Assembly (NCBI GenBank): GCA_049967475.1
Contig: JBMFSQ010000008.1
Span: forward strand, 1-64,000
DNA length: 64,000 nt
Source: Chthonomonadales bacterium
Lineage (GTDB): Bacteria > Armatimonadota > Chthonomonadetes > Chthonomonadales > CAJBBX01
Direction: 5' to 3'
Both the position numbers and the translations under genes were made by a program. This document shows positions 1 through 9,148 of this stretch, piece by piece (position 1 is the stretch's first letter; every line of letters begins with the position of its first letter). The notes under the pieces were generated by a model, which made no database searches, was not told where the DNA came from, and saw only the letters and a list, made by a program, of their open reading frames with translations.

Positions 1-183
1 GACCGGTGCCATCGGCAGTACTTGAACGATTGGGCAAAATGCGTACGGGATTATCAGAAGTGCACGTCCGGCATCATAGGCTGGATACGACACTATTGGT
101 GCGCTATAAAGTACTCCGAATGTATGGGTTGGGCTTGGCGGCACCAAGACGAATGCTACAAAAAACGCCTCGAAGAGGATTAG
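1..183 (+). CDS. 3' end of a protein open at the left edge, with a Cys-rich C-terminus (possible polymorphic toxin/RHS tip)
   Basis: Frame 1 is open from base 1 to TAG at 181-183: DRCHRQYLNDWAKCVRDYQKCTSGIIGWIRHYWCAIKYSECMGWAWRHQDECYKKRLEED. Cys spacing is CX10CX6CX12CX6CX10C; 92/180 bases are GC. Absent from the ORF track because it has no start in the window. Confidence 0.6.
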   Translation, partial: DRCHRQYLNDWAKCVRDYQKCTSGIIGWIRHYWCAIKYSECMGWAWRHQDECYKKRLEED

Positions 184-193
184 CATTCTCCGG

Positions 194-682
194 GTGAGCT
201 GGGAGCGGAGGTGCGCGATGCGCAGTGTAGGCGTTTTACTTGCCGCGTTCACGATGTATGGCGTGGTGACATACGGGTTCATGCGTGCGTTCGAGCGCGA
301 CACGGAGGCATTCATGCAGTGGGCGCAGAAAGAGGCGGCGTCCCATTCTGCCCGTGCCACGGTGAACTTGCTGTCGCGGAAGCCGCCGCTGCCCGAGGTA
401 GTCTATCCCATGTTGATTGCCAGCGCCGCGGGCTTCTTGGCTTGGGGTCTCTGGATGGCGCCCGGAGGCAGGCGGCGGTTGGACTGGGTTCTGATGGGCG
501 TCTTTGCAACGTTTGTTGCATTGGAAGCCCTTTCGGCCTATTGGGGTAGCCCAGGGATGCTTCGGGCGTCGGCACGCCCGCTCACGGTGACTTTGATAGG
601 CTCCATCGCAGGCTACTGCAGCGGCACGGCTCTCTCTTCGTGCTTCCGCCGGTGGTGGATGGCTCGCGAGACGGCGGGGTGA
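194..682 (+). CDS. Hypothetical membrane protein (about 4 TM segments), possible immunity protein
   Basis: ORF with several hydrophobic stretches beginning 10 nt after the upstream stop. ATG at 218, preceded by GGAGG, is an alternative start. Confidence 0.55.
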   Translation: MSWERRCAMRSVGVLLAAFTMYGVVTYGFMRAFERDTEAFMQWAQKEAASHSARATVNLLSRKPPLPEVVYPMLIASAAGFLAWGLWMAPGGRRRLDWVLMGVFATFVALEALSAYWGSPGMLRASARPLTVTLIGSIAGYCSGTALSSCFRRWWMARETAG

Positions 683-854
683 GCACGTTCATCAAGGACG
701 CAGCACCTTCAGGGCGGCGATCTTCACAAGCTTCTGCCTTCCATCTCACCGTGCAAAGGTCGGCGCCCGGTTAACTGTGGTACCGGCATTATGACCACCA
801 AGCCCAGCGGATGGGAAAAGTGCCGGCTTCAGACGAATAAGTGCCACGCGAATT

Positions 855-1793
855 GTGAACTGTGCACGGGATAGGTGGTGCAGGGTCGCCAATTCGCCAT
901 CGTCCGGAAACCATTGGAGGTGCAGGATGAGCGGGAAGGTTCGAACGACTTCGCACTACCGGCTGTGTGGCCGAGCCCTGTGCCGCGCTTGGGTGGCCTT
1001 CGTGGAGAACTGCCGTAGGTGGGCCGCGCTTGGGTTCCTGGTGGCATCCGTTTTGCCCGCAACCTTGCAGGCACAGGCCAGGCTCAACGGAAAGCCGGCA
1101 GGCACGGGCTCGCAGCCTCTAGGCGTGTGGATGCGGGGTGTAACACAGGATCTCGCAGACGGCAAGGCCGTGGACCTTGAAGAGGTACGAAATCGTCTCC
1201 TGGTCAGGCGTTGGTCTTCTACGGAGGTAACAGCGTACTTCTCGGGGTTTTCCGTTTGGACGTCGCCGATGCCTCGTCCGGAGCAATTCGCGTACTATAG
1301 GGATTTTCGTGAGCTGGCTCGTGCCCTCATGGCGCGGGCGGAGGCTGCGTTCAACGGTGGAAGCACGTGCGAGGGGCTGTCCATGGTTCAGGCGGCTGCC
1401 GATGTCGTGAGGTTGCCGCCGTGCTTTGTTCCGCCGCCGCGTGTGCCAATCGGGTTGTCTCCACATGTTGAAGTTCCAAGGGAGGAGTGCTGGCACCTGG
1501 CATATGAGCCGCTTGCGGTTGCGGCGCTGCAGTATTTCCGCGATCCGATCGCGAAGATCCCATGCCGGGATGCTGCGACCGAAGCCGCCCGCCGGCGCGC
1601 TCTTGCCGACTTGAAAGTGCTGAGGGCCCAGATATGCTCCGTTGCGAAGGAGTTGCTGGCGCATCTCAACAGCAATCGGCCAGCCGCGTCTTTCAATTTC
1701 AGTGCGCGCATCGGAGAGTTGGTGAGGGGGCTGGATGCGTTCCGCGCGGATCTGCGCGCCCTTGCAACAGCGCAGGGTTGTGCCTCACCCTAA
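855..1793 (+). CDS. Hypothetical exported protein
   Basis: 312-aa ORF with a signal-peptide-like segment (WAALGFLVASVLPATLQAQA); the true start is probably downstream of 855. No recognised family. Confidence 0.5.
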   Translation: MNCARDRWCRVANSPSSGNHWRCRMSGKVRTTSHYRLCGRALCRAWVAFVENCRRWAALGFLVASVLPATLQAQARLNGKPAGTGSQPLGVWMRGVTQDLADGKAVDLEEVRNRLLVRRWSSTEVTAYFSGFSVWTSPMPRPEQFAYYRDFRELARALMARAEAAFNGGSTCEGLSMVQAAADVVRLPPCFVPPPRVPIGLSPHVEVPREECWHLAYEPLAVAALQYFRDPIAKIPCRDAATEAARRRALADLKVLRAQICSVAKELLAHLNSNRPAASFNFSARIGELVRGLDAFRADLRALATAQGCASP

Positions 1794-1886
1794 TGCGCTC
1801 GATCAGAAGGGAATGGGATGCCGCCGCGACGGGCTCTGTTTCGGCTTGACGCTCCACCGGTTGCCCTCAGGATGGCCGTACGGTCT

Positions 1887-2207
1887 CTATCCCCGCTTCT
1901 CGGTGATATCCCGCACCCACGTGTAGAGGGCTACCGCGGAGGGAAGTCCTAAGGTGCCCGCAGCCAGAGCCACGACTTGTTCGATTGCCTCAGGCTCGAT
2001 GCCGAGATCCAACGCCTTGCGCACGCTCGCATGGAATGCTCCCTGCTGCATGGCACCCGCCGCGATACCCAGCTTCACCAGCCGGCACGTTCGTTCGTCC
2101 AAGGGCCCGGCCTTACCTGCTTCTGCGATGAGCCCCCAAGCCTCTCCGAGCTTCGGAAAATGCGTTACGAATTCGTCATGGGCTTTAGGCGGTTTAGACT
2201 GAGCCAT
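1887..2207 (-). CDS. Carboxymuconolactone decarboxylase (CMD/AhpD) family protein
   Basis: GPLDERTCRLVKLGIAAG...HASVRKALDLG...IEQVVALAAGTLGLPSA is a typical CMD pattern. ATG at 2207 with GGAGG upstream. Confidence 0.85.
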   Translation of the reverse strand: MAQSKPPKAHDEFVTHFPKLGEAWGLIAEAGKAGPLDERTCRLVKLGIAAGAMQQGAFHASVRKALDLGIEPEAIEQVVALAAGTLGLPSAVALYTWVRDITEKRG

Positions 2208-2419
2208 CGTACGTCCTCCATTCTGGGCGTGTGAGTGCGCCCGCACTCTCGGTGACGTCGGGAAATCTCCTCGACACGTGAAATTGCTTCGGTTTGCTGC
2301 CGATTCCTGCTTAGATGAGACCACCCCATTGCCGGTTGCACCTACCGGCGTTCACGGGAAAACCGCGCCACGGCGCGAGCGATTACCCGCGGGTATACTG
2401 ATGGCGGGGAGAAGCGCCG

Positions 2420-3532
2420 ATGAACGTTGCAATGCTCGGTCCCGAGTGGGAACCGGAGGGCATCGCTGCTTATTGTGCAGACCTGGCAGCGCACATCGGT
2501 CGCCGGGTGCATCTGGATTATGTGCCGATCCCGCCTGGGCACGTGGATGATGAGGAATGCCGCAGGGTCGCCACGAGGCTCAATGATGGCGATATCGTTC
2601 ATATTCAGCATCATCCCGAGTTTTTCGGCGGCGTTTTGCCCGAAGCGTTGTGGTTCGACAGGTTGCGCAACGCCATCGAACGGCCTGTGGTAGTCACCGC
2701 ACATACGGCCGCACCGGCCGACGAAGTTGCGCGCGAGTTGCCGGTCCCCGCGGCGATCAGACTCCAGTCTATACAGGCGCTCCTCGACGCCAGGTTTCGC
2801 CGCACTGTGGACACAGAGCCGTTTATCCAAAATGCTTGTGTGGTTTTGTCTTCTGGAGATCGGGATCTGCTTGTGGGCCGGGGGGTCCCAGAGGGGATCC
2901 TTCATGTAATCCCCGCCGGTGCTCCTTCCCCGGCTCCTCGGCCGGACGGCGCCGAGTTGCGCCGGTCTCTCCACCTGGAGGGAAAGCGCGTCCTGTTCCA
3001 GGAAATCCATTCCAACGAATACCGGGTCACCCTGCGCATCCTTCAAGAACTGGAACCGGACATCTGCTTGCTTCTATCGGGTTGGCCGCCGCACCGGGTA
3101 AGGCAAGCCAAGACGGTGTCGGGGACGGCCGGCGGACGGGCTGTGTACTATGTGCCGGAGGTTCCTGGTTCTTTCACGGCGATGGCGCTTGCCGACGTTC
3201 TGGTGGCGTCGGGAGAGACCGCAGGAGGGCCAAGGGACGTGCTGAAGGCGCTGTCCATGGGCATCCCCGTAGCAGCGCCGGACACGGATAGGTACCGTGA
3301 GATCCAGAGGCATGAGGCGTGCCTCCGCCTCGTGCGGCCGGGCGACGCCGATCACCTTGCCGCGTGCGTCAAAGCCCTGTTCCACAACGCGATCGGCCGT
3401 GCAGAGATGGCAGAGCGTGGCCAGAGATACGCGGCTCAGCACGGTTGGGACTGGGTAGCGGACCAAACGATTGCCCTTTACCGGAACGTTCTGGCGGACC
3501 GTGATCCTTCGAGCACGGCGAAGGTGCCATGA
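2420..3532 (+). CDS. Glycosyltransferase family 4 (GT-B), degenerate donor-binding motif
   Basis: N-terminal MNVAMLGP..EGIAAYC, DIVHIQH, VVVTAH; C-terminal ALSMGIPV and HGWDWVADQTIALY. Confidence 0.75.
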   Translation: MNVAMLGPEWEPEGIAAYCADLAAHIGRRVHLDYVPIPPGHVDDEECRRVATRLNDGDIVHIQHHPEFFGGVLPEALWFDRLRNAIERPVVVTAHTAAPADEVARELPVPAAIRLQSIQALLDARFRRTVDTEPFIQNACVVLSSGDRDLLVGRGVPEGILHVIPAGAPSPAPRPDGAELRRSLHLEGKRVLFQEIHSNEYRVTLRILQELEPDICLLLSGWPPHRVRQAKTVSGTAGGRAVYYVPEVPGSFTAMALADVLVASGETAGGPRDVLKALSMGIPVAAPDTDRYREIQRHEACLRLVRPGDADHLAACVKALFHNAIGRAEMAERGQRYAAQHGWDWVADQTIALYRNVLADRDPSSTAKVP

Positions 3533-3566
3533 GCTACGCTTTTTGGGGTACAGTGCAGACATCCGT

Positions 3567-4625
3567 ATGAGGATCGCTCTCCTAGCACCGGTGCAGCCGC
3601 CCTGCGGTGTCGCGGATTACACAAGGTACCTTGCAGCCGAGCTCGACCGCCTGGTAGACGTCGTCTGGTTGGAACACCCGGATCGTTTCCGCCCTGAGAT
3701 GAATTCAGCAGACGTGATCCATCTTCAGCATCAGTACTCTCTGTTCGGAGGCGTGGCGCCCTGGAGGAACTCCTTCCCGCGCCTTGTGCGTTCCGTTGCG
3801 GCTCCCTTTGTGGTTACGGCTCACGAAATCGTGGATGCCGCCGGTTCGCCCGTGCATCGCGCTCTCATTTCTTTGACGAACCGCCGAACCTTCCACCACC
3901 CATCCATCAACCACATCATCGTTCACACGGAGAATGATGCCCGCCGCCTCAAACAGTGGATCCGTCCCGGTACATCCGTTACTGTGCTTCGCCATCCGGT
4001 TCCGCCTGCACCTAATCTCCCATGCCGCCCTGAAGCCCGGCGCGCTCTTCAACTCGAGGGTCGGTTTGTAGTGACCATTTTTGGCTTCCTGGCCCGCAAT
4101 AAGGGGCATCGGGATGCTCTCCGCGCCTTGGCATCCACGCCTCAGCACGTCTTTTTGCTCCTGGCCGGCGGGCGCCATCCCGACGATCGGTCGTCCTATG
4201 CACGCAATCTGGAGCGCCTCATCGAGGATTTGGACCTGCGCGGGCGCGTGCACATCACGGGGTATCTTCCGCCGGAGGGCGTGGCCGAGGTGATGGCTGC
4301 AACAGATCTGGTGTTGGCGCCCTTCATAAGCGGCTCGGGATCCGGTTCCGTCGCGATGGCTTTGGCATGCGGCCGGCCGGTATTGGCGTCGGATATTCCG
4401 GCGAATGTGGAGATTGCCCGGGAAATGGGTGAGGGAATGGCCCTGTTTCGTGCAGGGGATGCGCTAGACCTCGCCGCGCACATCACAGAATTGGTCCACA
4501 CCCCTCAGCGGCTGCAGGAGATGGCCTTTGCATCGCAGGAATACGCCGCGCGGCATACGTGGGCCGCCGCTGCAAAGGACATCGTTGCCGTCTACCGATC
4601 CGTGCTGGGTGGAGAGGTGCAATGA
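3567..4625 (+). CDS. Glycosyltransferase family 4 (mannosyltransferase-like)
   Basis: MRIALLAP..CGVADYT, DVIHLQH, FGFLARNKG, SGSVAMALACGRPVLASD. ATG at 3567. Confidence 0.85.
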   Translation: MRIALLAPVQPPCGVADYTRYLAAELDRLVDVVWLEHPDRFRPEMNSADVIHLQHQYSLFGGVAPWRNSFPRLVRSVAAPFVVTAHEIVDAAGSPVHRALISLTNRRTFHHPSINHIIVHTENDARRLKQWIRPGTSVTVLRHPVPPAPNLPCRPEARRALQLEGRFVVTIFGFLARNKGHRDALRALASTPQHVFLLLAGGRHPDDRSSYARNLERLIEDLDLRGRVHITGYLPPEGVAEVMAATDLVLAPFISGSGSGSVAMALACGRPVLASDIPANVEIAREMGEGMALFRAGDALDLAAHITELVHTPQRLQEMAFASQEYAARHTWAAAAKDIVAVYRSVLGGEVQ

Positions 4626-5755
4626 GGATCGGGGTAGATGCTCGAGCGCTCACGGGCCGCTGGACCGGGGACCGCACGTATTGGCTGAACCTGGTGCGCG
4701 GGCTTTTGGAAAGTGTGCCCGATAAAGATGACCTCGTGCTCTACACGAGGCTGCCGTTGGATGAGGGCCTGCTACCGGCGGGAAGGCGCTGCGTCGTTCG
4801 GATGGTGCCGGCAGCCAACGATCGCTTGTGGACGATGCTCCACTTTCCCAGAGCCCTGCGTTCGGACGGGATTGATATAGCCCATACCCAGTATACAACC
4901 CCACTGCGTGCTCCGTGCCCGCTCATTACCACGGTACACGATATCTCGTTTCGCCTCTATCCGGAATGGTTCCCTCGGAAGCATCGCATGCTCTTGAACC
5001 TTTCGGTACCGGTGGCGATGCGCAGGGCGCGTATCGTAATCACGGACTCAGCCAGTTCCCGCCGGGATATCCTTCGCATCTACCGCCTCGCGCCCGACAA
5101 GGTAGAAGCCATCCATCTCGCTGCGGCGCCGGAATACGTTCCGGTTCCTGCGGATATCGCGCGGAGGTACGTGCAGGAGCGTTTCGGCATCAGCGATCCC
5201 TTCGTGCTCTCGGTGGGCGTGCTTCAGCCGCGGAAGAACTTCGCATTGCTCGTAGAAGCCTGCGCACGCGCCTTGCGAAAGAAGCCGCTTCCCCACAAGC
5301 TGGTGTTGACCGGCAAGCGCGGATGGCGCGTGGATGAGATCACTCGGCTGGCCGCCCGACTGGATCTGCTGGATCGGATGATCTTTACCGATTACGTTCC
5401 GGATGACGCCTTGCCGCTCCTGTATTCGGCAACGGACGTGATGGCCTATCCCTCCCTTTATGAAGGTTTCGGACTGCCTCCCCTTGAAGCCATGGCATGC
5501 GGCGCTCCGACCCTGGTAAGTGATGCACCGGCCATGCCGGAAGTGGTGGGCGATGGCGCGTGGGTGTTACCGGTGATGGACGCCTGCGCCTGGGCGGACG
5601 GGTTGATTGCGATGCTGACCGATGAGCGCGTGCGCCGGTGCTGGAGCGAGCGGGCCCGGGCCCGGGCAGCATGTTTTTCTTGGAAGGAGACTACGCGCAA
5701 GACACTCCGCGCCTATTACCGGGCGCTGGGGCTGGAGGATAAACGCAATGAGTGA
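4622..5755 (+). CDS. Glycosyltransferase family 4 (MtfB/WbaZ-like)
   Basis: MRIGVDAR, VGVLQPRKN, YPSLYEGFGLPPLEAMACG (E-x7-E). ATGA overlap with the previous stop codon. Confidence 0.92.
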   Translation: MRIGVDARALTGRWTGDRTYWLNLVRGLLESVPDKDDLVLYTRLPLDEGLLPAGRRCVVRMVPAANDRLWTMLHFPRALRSDGIDIAHTQYTTPLRAPCPLITTVHDISFRLYPEWFPRKHRMLLNLSVPVAMRRARIVITDSASSRRDILRIYRLAPDKVEAIHLAAAPEYVPVPADIARRYVQERFGISDPFVLSVGVLQPRKNFALLVEACARALRKKPLPHKLVLTGKRGWRVDEITRLAARLDLLDRMIFTDYVPDDALPLLYSATDVMAYPSLYEGFGLPPLEAMACGAPTLVSDAPAMPEVVGDGAWVLPVMDACAWADGLIAMLTDERVRRCWSERARARAACFSWKETTRKTLRAYYRALGLEDKRNE

Positions 5756-5954
5756 GCCGACACCCGCCTTGGATGCGGACCTTCTCGCGCTGCTGGCCTG
5801 CCCGGCCTGCGAGGACCGCCCATCTGTACGACTGGTTGGCGATGGATTGGTATGTGATCGGTGTCACCGCATATACCCGATCCGTGACGGCATTCCGGAG
5901 ATGCTGGTGGAGGCAGCGACTTTCGAGCCGGGCTTCGGCCCGGAAGAGGATTGA
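5748..5954 (+). CDS. Trm112/YcaR family zinc-ribbon protein
   Basis: LDADLLALLACPAC...LVCDRCHRIYPIRDGIPEMLVEAA. GGAGG upstream of ATG 5748. Confidence 0.88.
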   Translation: MSEPTPALDADLLALLACPACEDRPSVRLVGDGLVCDRCHRIYPIRDGIPEMLVEAATFEPGFGPEED

Positions 5955-6098
5955 CGGCGTGTCCAAAGGCGGCGGTGTGTCCACGTGCGCCGGTGTGAAG
6001 TAGGGTCGAAAGCGCTTCGAGGAAATGGAGCCTTCCTGCTTGCATAGGCGCACCGTTTTCGAATTCTTTGACCGCCCGAACGAAGGAGGAGATCGGAC

Positions 6099-6542
6099 GT
6101 GAAGATTTGCGTGATCCATGGCCCGAACCTCAACCTGCTCGGTATCCGCGAGCCCGACGTGTACGGCGAGGACACCTTCGAGCAGATGAACCGCCGCATC
6201 AAGGAGCGCGCCAAGCAGCGGGATGTGGAGGTGCGCATCTTCCAGTTCAACAGCGAAGGTGAGATTATTGACGCCATCCACGAAGCCCTGCAATGGGCAG
6301 ACGCCATCGTAATCAATCCCGGCGCGTATACCCATTATTCGTATGCCATTCGTGATGCCATCGCGGCAGTACGCCTTCCCACCATCGAAGTGCACCTCAC
6401 CAACATCCACCAGCGCGAGGAGTGGCGCAGGCATTCCGTGATAGCGCCCGTAGCCCATGGGCAGATCATAGGCTTCGGAACAAACGGCTACCTGCTTGCA
6501 ATCGAGGCCGCGTGTACCCTCGTGGAAGAGTCCCGCCGGTGA
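6099..6542 (+). CDS. aroQ: Type II 3-dehydroquinate dehydratase
   Basis: HGPNLNLLGIREPDVYG, NPGAYTHYSYAIRDA, IEVHLTNIHQREEWR. AGGAG upstream. Confidence 0.97.
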   Translation: MKICVIHGPNLNLLGIREPDVYGEDTFEQMNRRIKERAKQRDVEVRIFQFNSEGEIIDAIHEALQWADAIVINPGAYTHYSYAIRDAIAAVRLPTIEVHLTNIHQREEWRRHSVIAPVAHGQIIGFGTNGYLLAIEAACTLVEESRR

Positions 6543-7633
6543 TGGCCTCAGGGGATCAGCCCTTCCGCCACCGTGTCGCTTCGGCGTGTGCGGCCATGCA
6601 GGCTGCGGGGATGGACGCATTCCTGGTTACTTCACCCATCAACATCCGATGGCTCACAGGCTTCACAGGCTCTGCGGGGTTGATGGTGCTCACCGACGAA
6701 AACGCGGTGTTGGCCACGGACAGCCGGTACGTGGAGCAGGCCGGGATGGAATGCCCATGGCTCCCCGTAGAGCAGATCCCTTCATACTCCGCATCCGAGA
6801 TTGTGCGGATCGTTGAGCGGGCGGGTGCCTCGCGGATAGGCTTCGAGGCCGGCTACGTAACAGTTCAGCAGCACCGCACTTGGGTGGACGCGCTCGGTTC
6901 CGATCGGGAGCTGCTGCCTGCGGGGTCCCTGCTGGACGATTTGCGGCTCATTAAGGATGAGGCCGAGATCGCCGCGATCGAAGAGGCATGCCGTATAGCC
7001 GATCAGGTGTACGAAGCCCTTCTCCCCCAGATCCGGCCCGGCGTCACAGAACGCGACCTGATGCTGGAATTGGAATGGAAGATCCGCAAGGATTTCGGCG
7101 CAGATGTGGCTTTCGACACGATCTTGCTCTCGGGGCCGCGCACAGCCTTGCCCCATGGCAAACCCTCCCAGCGGCCTCTGGAAGCAGGGGATTTCGTTAC
7201 CATGGACTTCGGCGCGCGCGTGCAAGGGTACTGCAGCGATATCACCCGCACCGTAGTTGTTGGAAGGCCATCCACCGAACAGGTTCGCGTGTATACGGCA
7301 GTCCTTAGGGCCCAGCAGCGCGCACTAGAGCTGATGGCTGCCGGGGTGGCGGGTAAGGCGGTAGACCAGGCGGCGCGGTCCGTAATTGCGGAGGCCGGCC
7401 ACGCCGAGCATTTCGGCCATGGTCTCGGCCACAGTTTGGGTCTGTCGGTTCATGACGGCCCTGGATTGAGCCAGCGAAGCGAACTGGTGCTGGCGACCGG
7501 TATGGTGATGACGGTAGAGCCTGGCATCTACGTGCCGGGATGGGGAGGCGTACGCATCGAGGAGGATGTGCTCGTTACGTCCGACGGATGTCGGAGGCTC
7601 ACTCGGAGCGCTACCGAGCTTACTGTCGTGTGA
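6542..7633 (+). CDS. Xaa-Pro aminopeptidase (M24 family)
   Basis: NIRWLTGFTGS, ALPHG, DFGARVQGYCSDITRT, HGLGHSLG, TVEPGIY, GVRIEED. Translationally coupled to aroQ. Confidence 0.93.
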   Translation: MASGDQPFRHRVASACAAMQAAGMDAFLVTSPINIRWLTGFTGSAGLMVLTDENAVLATDSRYVEQAGMECPWLPVEQIPSYSASEIVRIVERAGASRIGFEAGYVTVQQHRTWVDALGSDRELLPAGSLLDDLRLIKDEAEIAAIEEACRIADQVYEALLPQIRPGVTERDLMLELEWKIRKDFGADVAFDTILLSGPRTALPHGKPSQRPLEAGDFVTMDFGARVQGYCSDITRTVVVGRPSTEQVRVYTAVLRAQQRALELMAAGVAGKAVDQAARSVIAEAGHAEHFGHGLGHSLGLSVHDGPGLSQRSELVLATGMVMTVEPGIYVPGWGGVRIEEDVLVTSDGCRRLTRSATELTVV

Positions 7634-7857
7634 ACCGCCATGATCGTGAAACCTCCGACCGACACGCGGTGCAGAAGTGAGATCCTGGGCAATGGTCGCC
7701 CGGGGTTTGTGGGGTTGGGCGCGCGGCCGGTTTCGGCAGCGGCTCACTGCCGGTTTAGGACGTGGGAAGGGTTTGTCCCGGACACAGAAGGCGTCCGCCG
7801 GAACGCCCGATCGGGCGGATCGTGGTCCGCGCAGCCCGTTCCCACGGGGAGGTTGCG

Positions 7858-8865
7858 TTACTTCTCTTGCGGGTTCAGCAGTTTGCGGATGGCAGGTGTA
7901 TCCAAGTTCGACTTCGTTACAACCGTGACGCCCGTGTCTATGGTGTGGGGTTCTACCTTTTCGCCCTTCAGAAGTCGAATGGCAATCTTCACGCCTTGGT
8001 AGCCCATTTGGTACGGGTTCTGGACGATCAAGGCGCTCACGGTCCCGTCCCGAAGGGCGTCTACCTCCGGGGCCGAAGCATCGAAACAGACGAGCTTCAC
8101 CTGGCCTTGCTTATTGAGTTCCTGCACGGCTTTGATGGCGCCCTCAGCGCCGGCCTGATTTGCTGCAAAGATACCGGCGATATCCGGGGTGGCCGTAATC
8201 ATCGCCTTGGCTTTGTCTAACCCCTGGGCGACATCGGCCTGAGAATAGAGGATGCGGTTGTCCAGGTCCATGCCGGGGTGCTTCTTGAGCCCTTGTTTGA
8301 AGCCCTCCTCACGCTCGTCCGAGGACTTGGCGCCCTTGATAAACGGGATCACGCCCACTTTGCCCTTTCCGCCGATAGCGTCGGCGAGTGCATCTGCAGC
8401 CGCGATGCCGCCCTTGACGTTATCTGTTGCAAGGTACGCCTGGCTAATATCAGGATCCAGCCCGGAATCGATGGTGACCACCGGGATGGGAGGATTTGCC
8501 TGCTGGGCTTGCTGCACGTAACGCACCAGCGCCTTGGCGTCACACGCCGCCATCACGATTGCGCTCACCTTTCGGGTGATGGCATTCTGGAGTATCTGGA
8601 TCTGCCGGTCTACGTCGGTCTCCTGGCTGGGGCCTTCCCAGGCGATGGTGGCATGTTCTTCGCGGCCTGCATCGTCGGCGCCGGCCTTCACAGCCAACCA
8701 GAAGGATTGGCTTGTGCCCTTGGGGATCACGGCAATCGTATAGTGTGAGGCGCCTCCGCCCGACGTCTCACTGCTCCGGGGTGCGGTTGGTTGCTTGCTG
8801 CAGGATGCCGTCGCAAACGTGCAGCCGATGAGGGCAGCAGCTAGGAGCCTCCGTATGGTGAGCAT
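7858..8865 (-). CDS. Sugar ABC transporter substrate-binding lipoprotein (RbsB-like, periplasmic binding fold type 1)
   Basis: Signal peptide with lipobox-like ATASC; IAVIPKG, PVVTIDS, ATDN, LIVQNPYQMGY, IDTGV. AAGGAGG upstream. Confidence 0.9.
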   Translation of the reverse strand: MLTIRRLLAAALIGCTFATASCSKQPTAPRSSETSGGGASHYTIAVIPKGTSQSFWLAVKAGADDAGREEHATIAWEGPSQETDVDRQIQILQNAITRKVSAIVMAACDAKALVRYVQQAQQANPPIPVVTIDSGLDPDISQAYLATDNVKGGIAAADALADAIGGKGKVGVIPFIKGAKSSDEREEGFKQGLKKHPGMDLDNRILYSQADVAQGLDKAKAMITATPDIAGIFAANQAGAEGAIKAVQELNKQGQVKLVCFDASAPEVDALRDGTVSALIVQNPYQMGYQGVKIAIRLLKGEKVEPHTIDTGVTVVTKSNLDTPAIRKLLNPQEK

Positions 8866-9049
8866 GTGTTTTCCTCCTTGTGAGGCTAAGGTGGCCTTCC
8901 CTCACTCAAACGATGGGATGAAGCGCTGTGGCGGGCGCCCGCAGGCTTCCGCAAACTTTGATGTGGCGCATGCGCCGGTGGGACCTTTGCGCCGACCCTT
9001 CTCCGCTTCGGTGCGAAGGGGGTAGAGCGCCACAGTGAACCCTCGGGAC

Positions 9050-9077
9050 ATTCTTCGGCAACGGCGTCTTTTCCTGC
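9050..9077 (-). promoter_or_regulatory. Putative sigma-H-like promoter (GCAGGA-N18-GAAT) upstream of the sugar-binding protein
   Basis: Minus strand reads GCAGGA aaagacgccgttgccgaa GAAT; the same spacing recurs in many intergenic regions of the window. Confidence 0.55.
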
Positions 9078-9148
9078 CTCGGGAGGTGAGCACAGGTAGG
9101 GTGCGGCAGTTGGAGCTTAGCGCGGCGCAGGCCGGGTCTTGATGGTCC

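Noticed and set aside
6..197. 63-aa ORF in the track
   Set aside because: It overlaps the frame-1 Cys-ladder ORF, which has a far more protein-like pattern; it has no recognisable motif.
6006..6020. TCGAAAGCGCTTCGA, a LacI/cre-like near-palindrome before aroQ
   Set aside because: Imperfect, seen only once, and with no regulator nearby; it could arise by chance.
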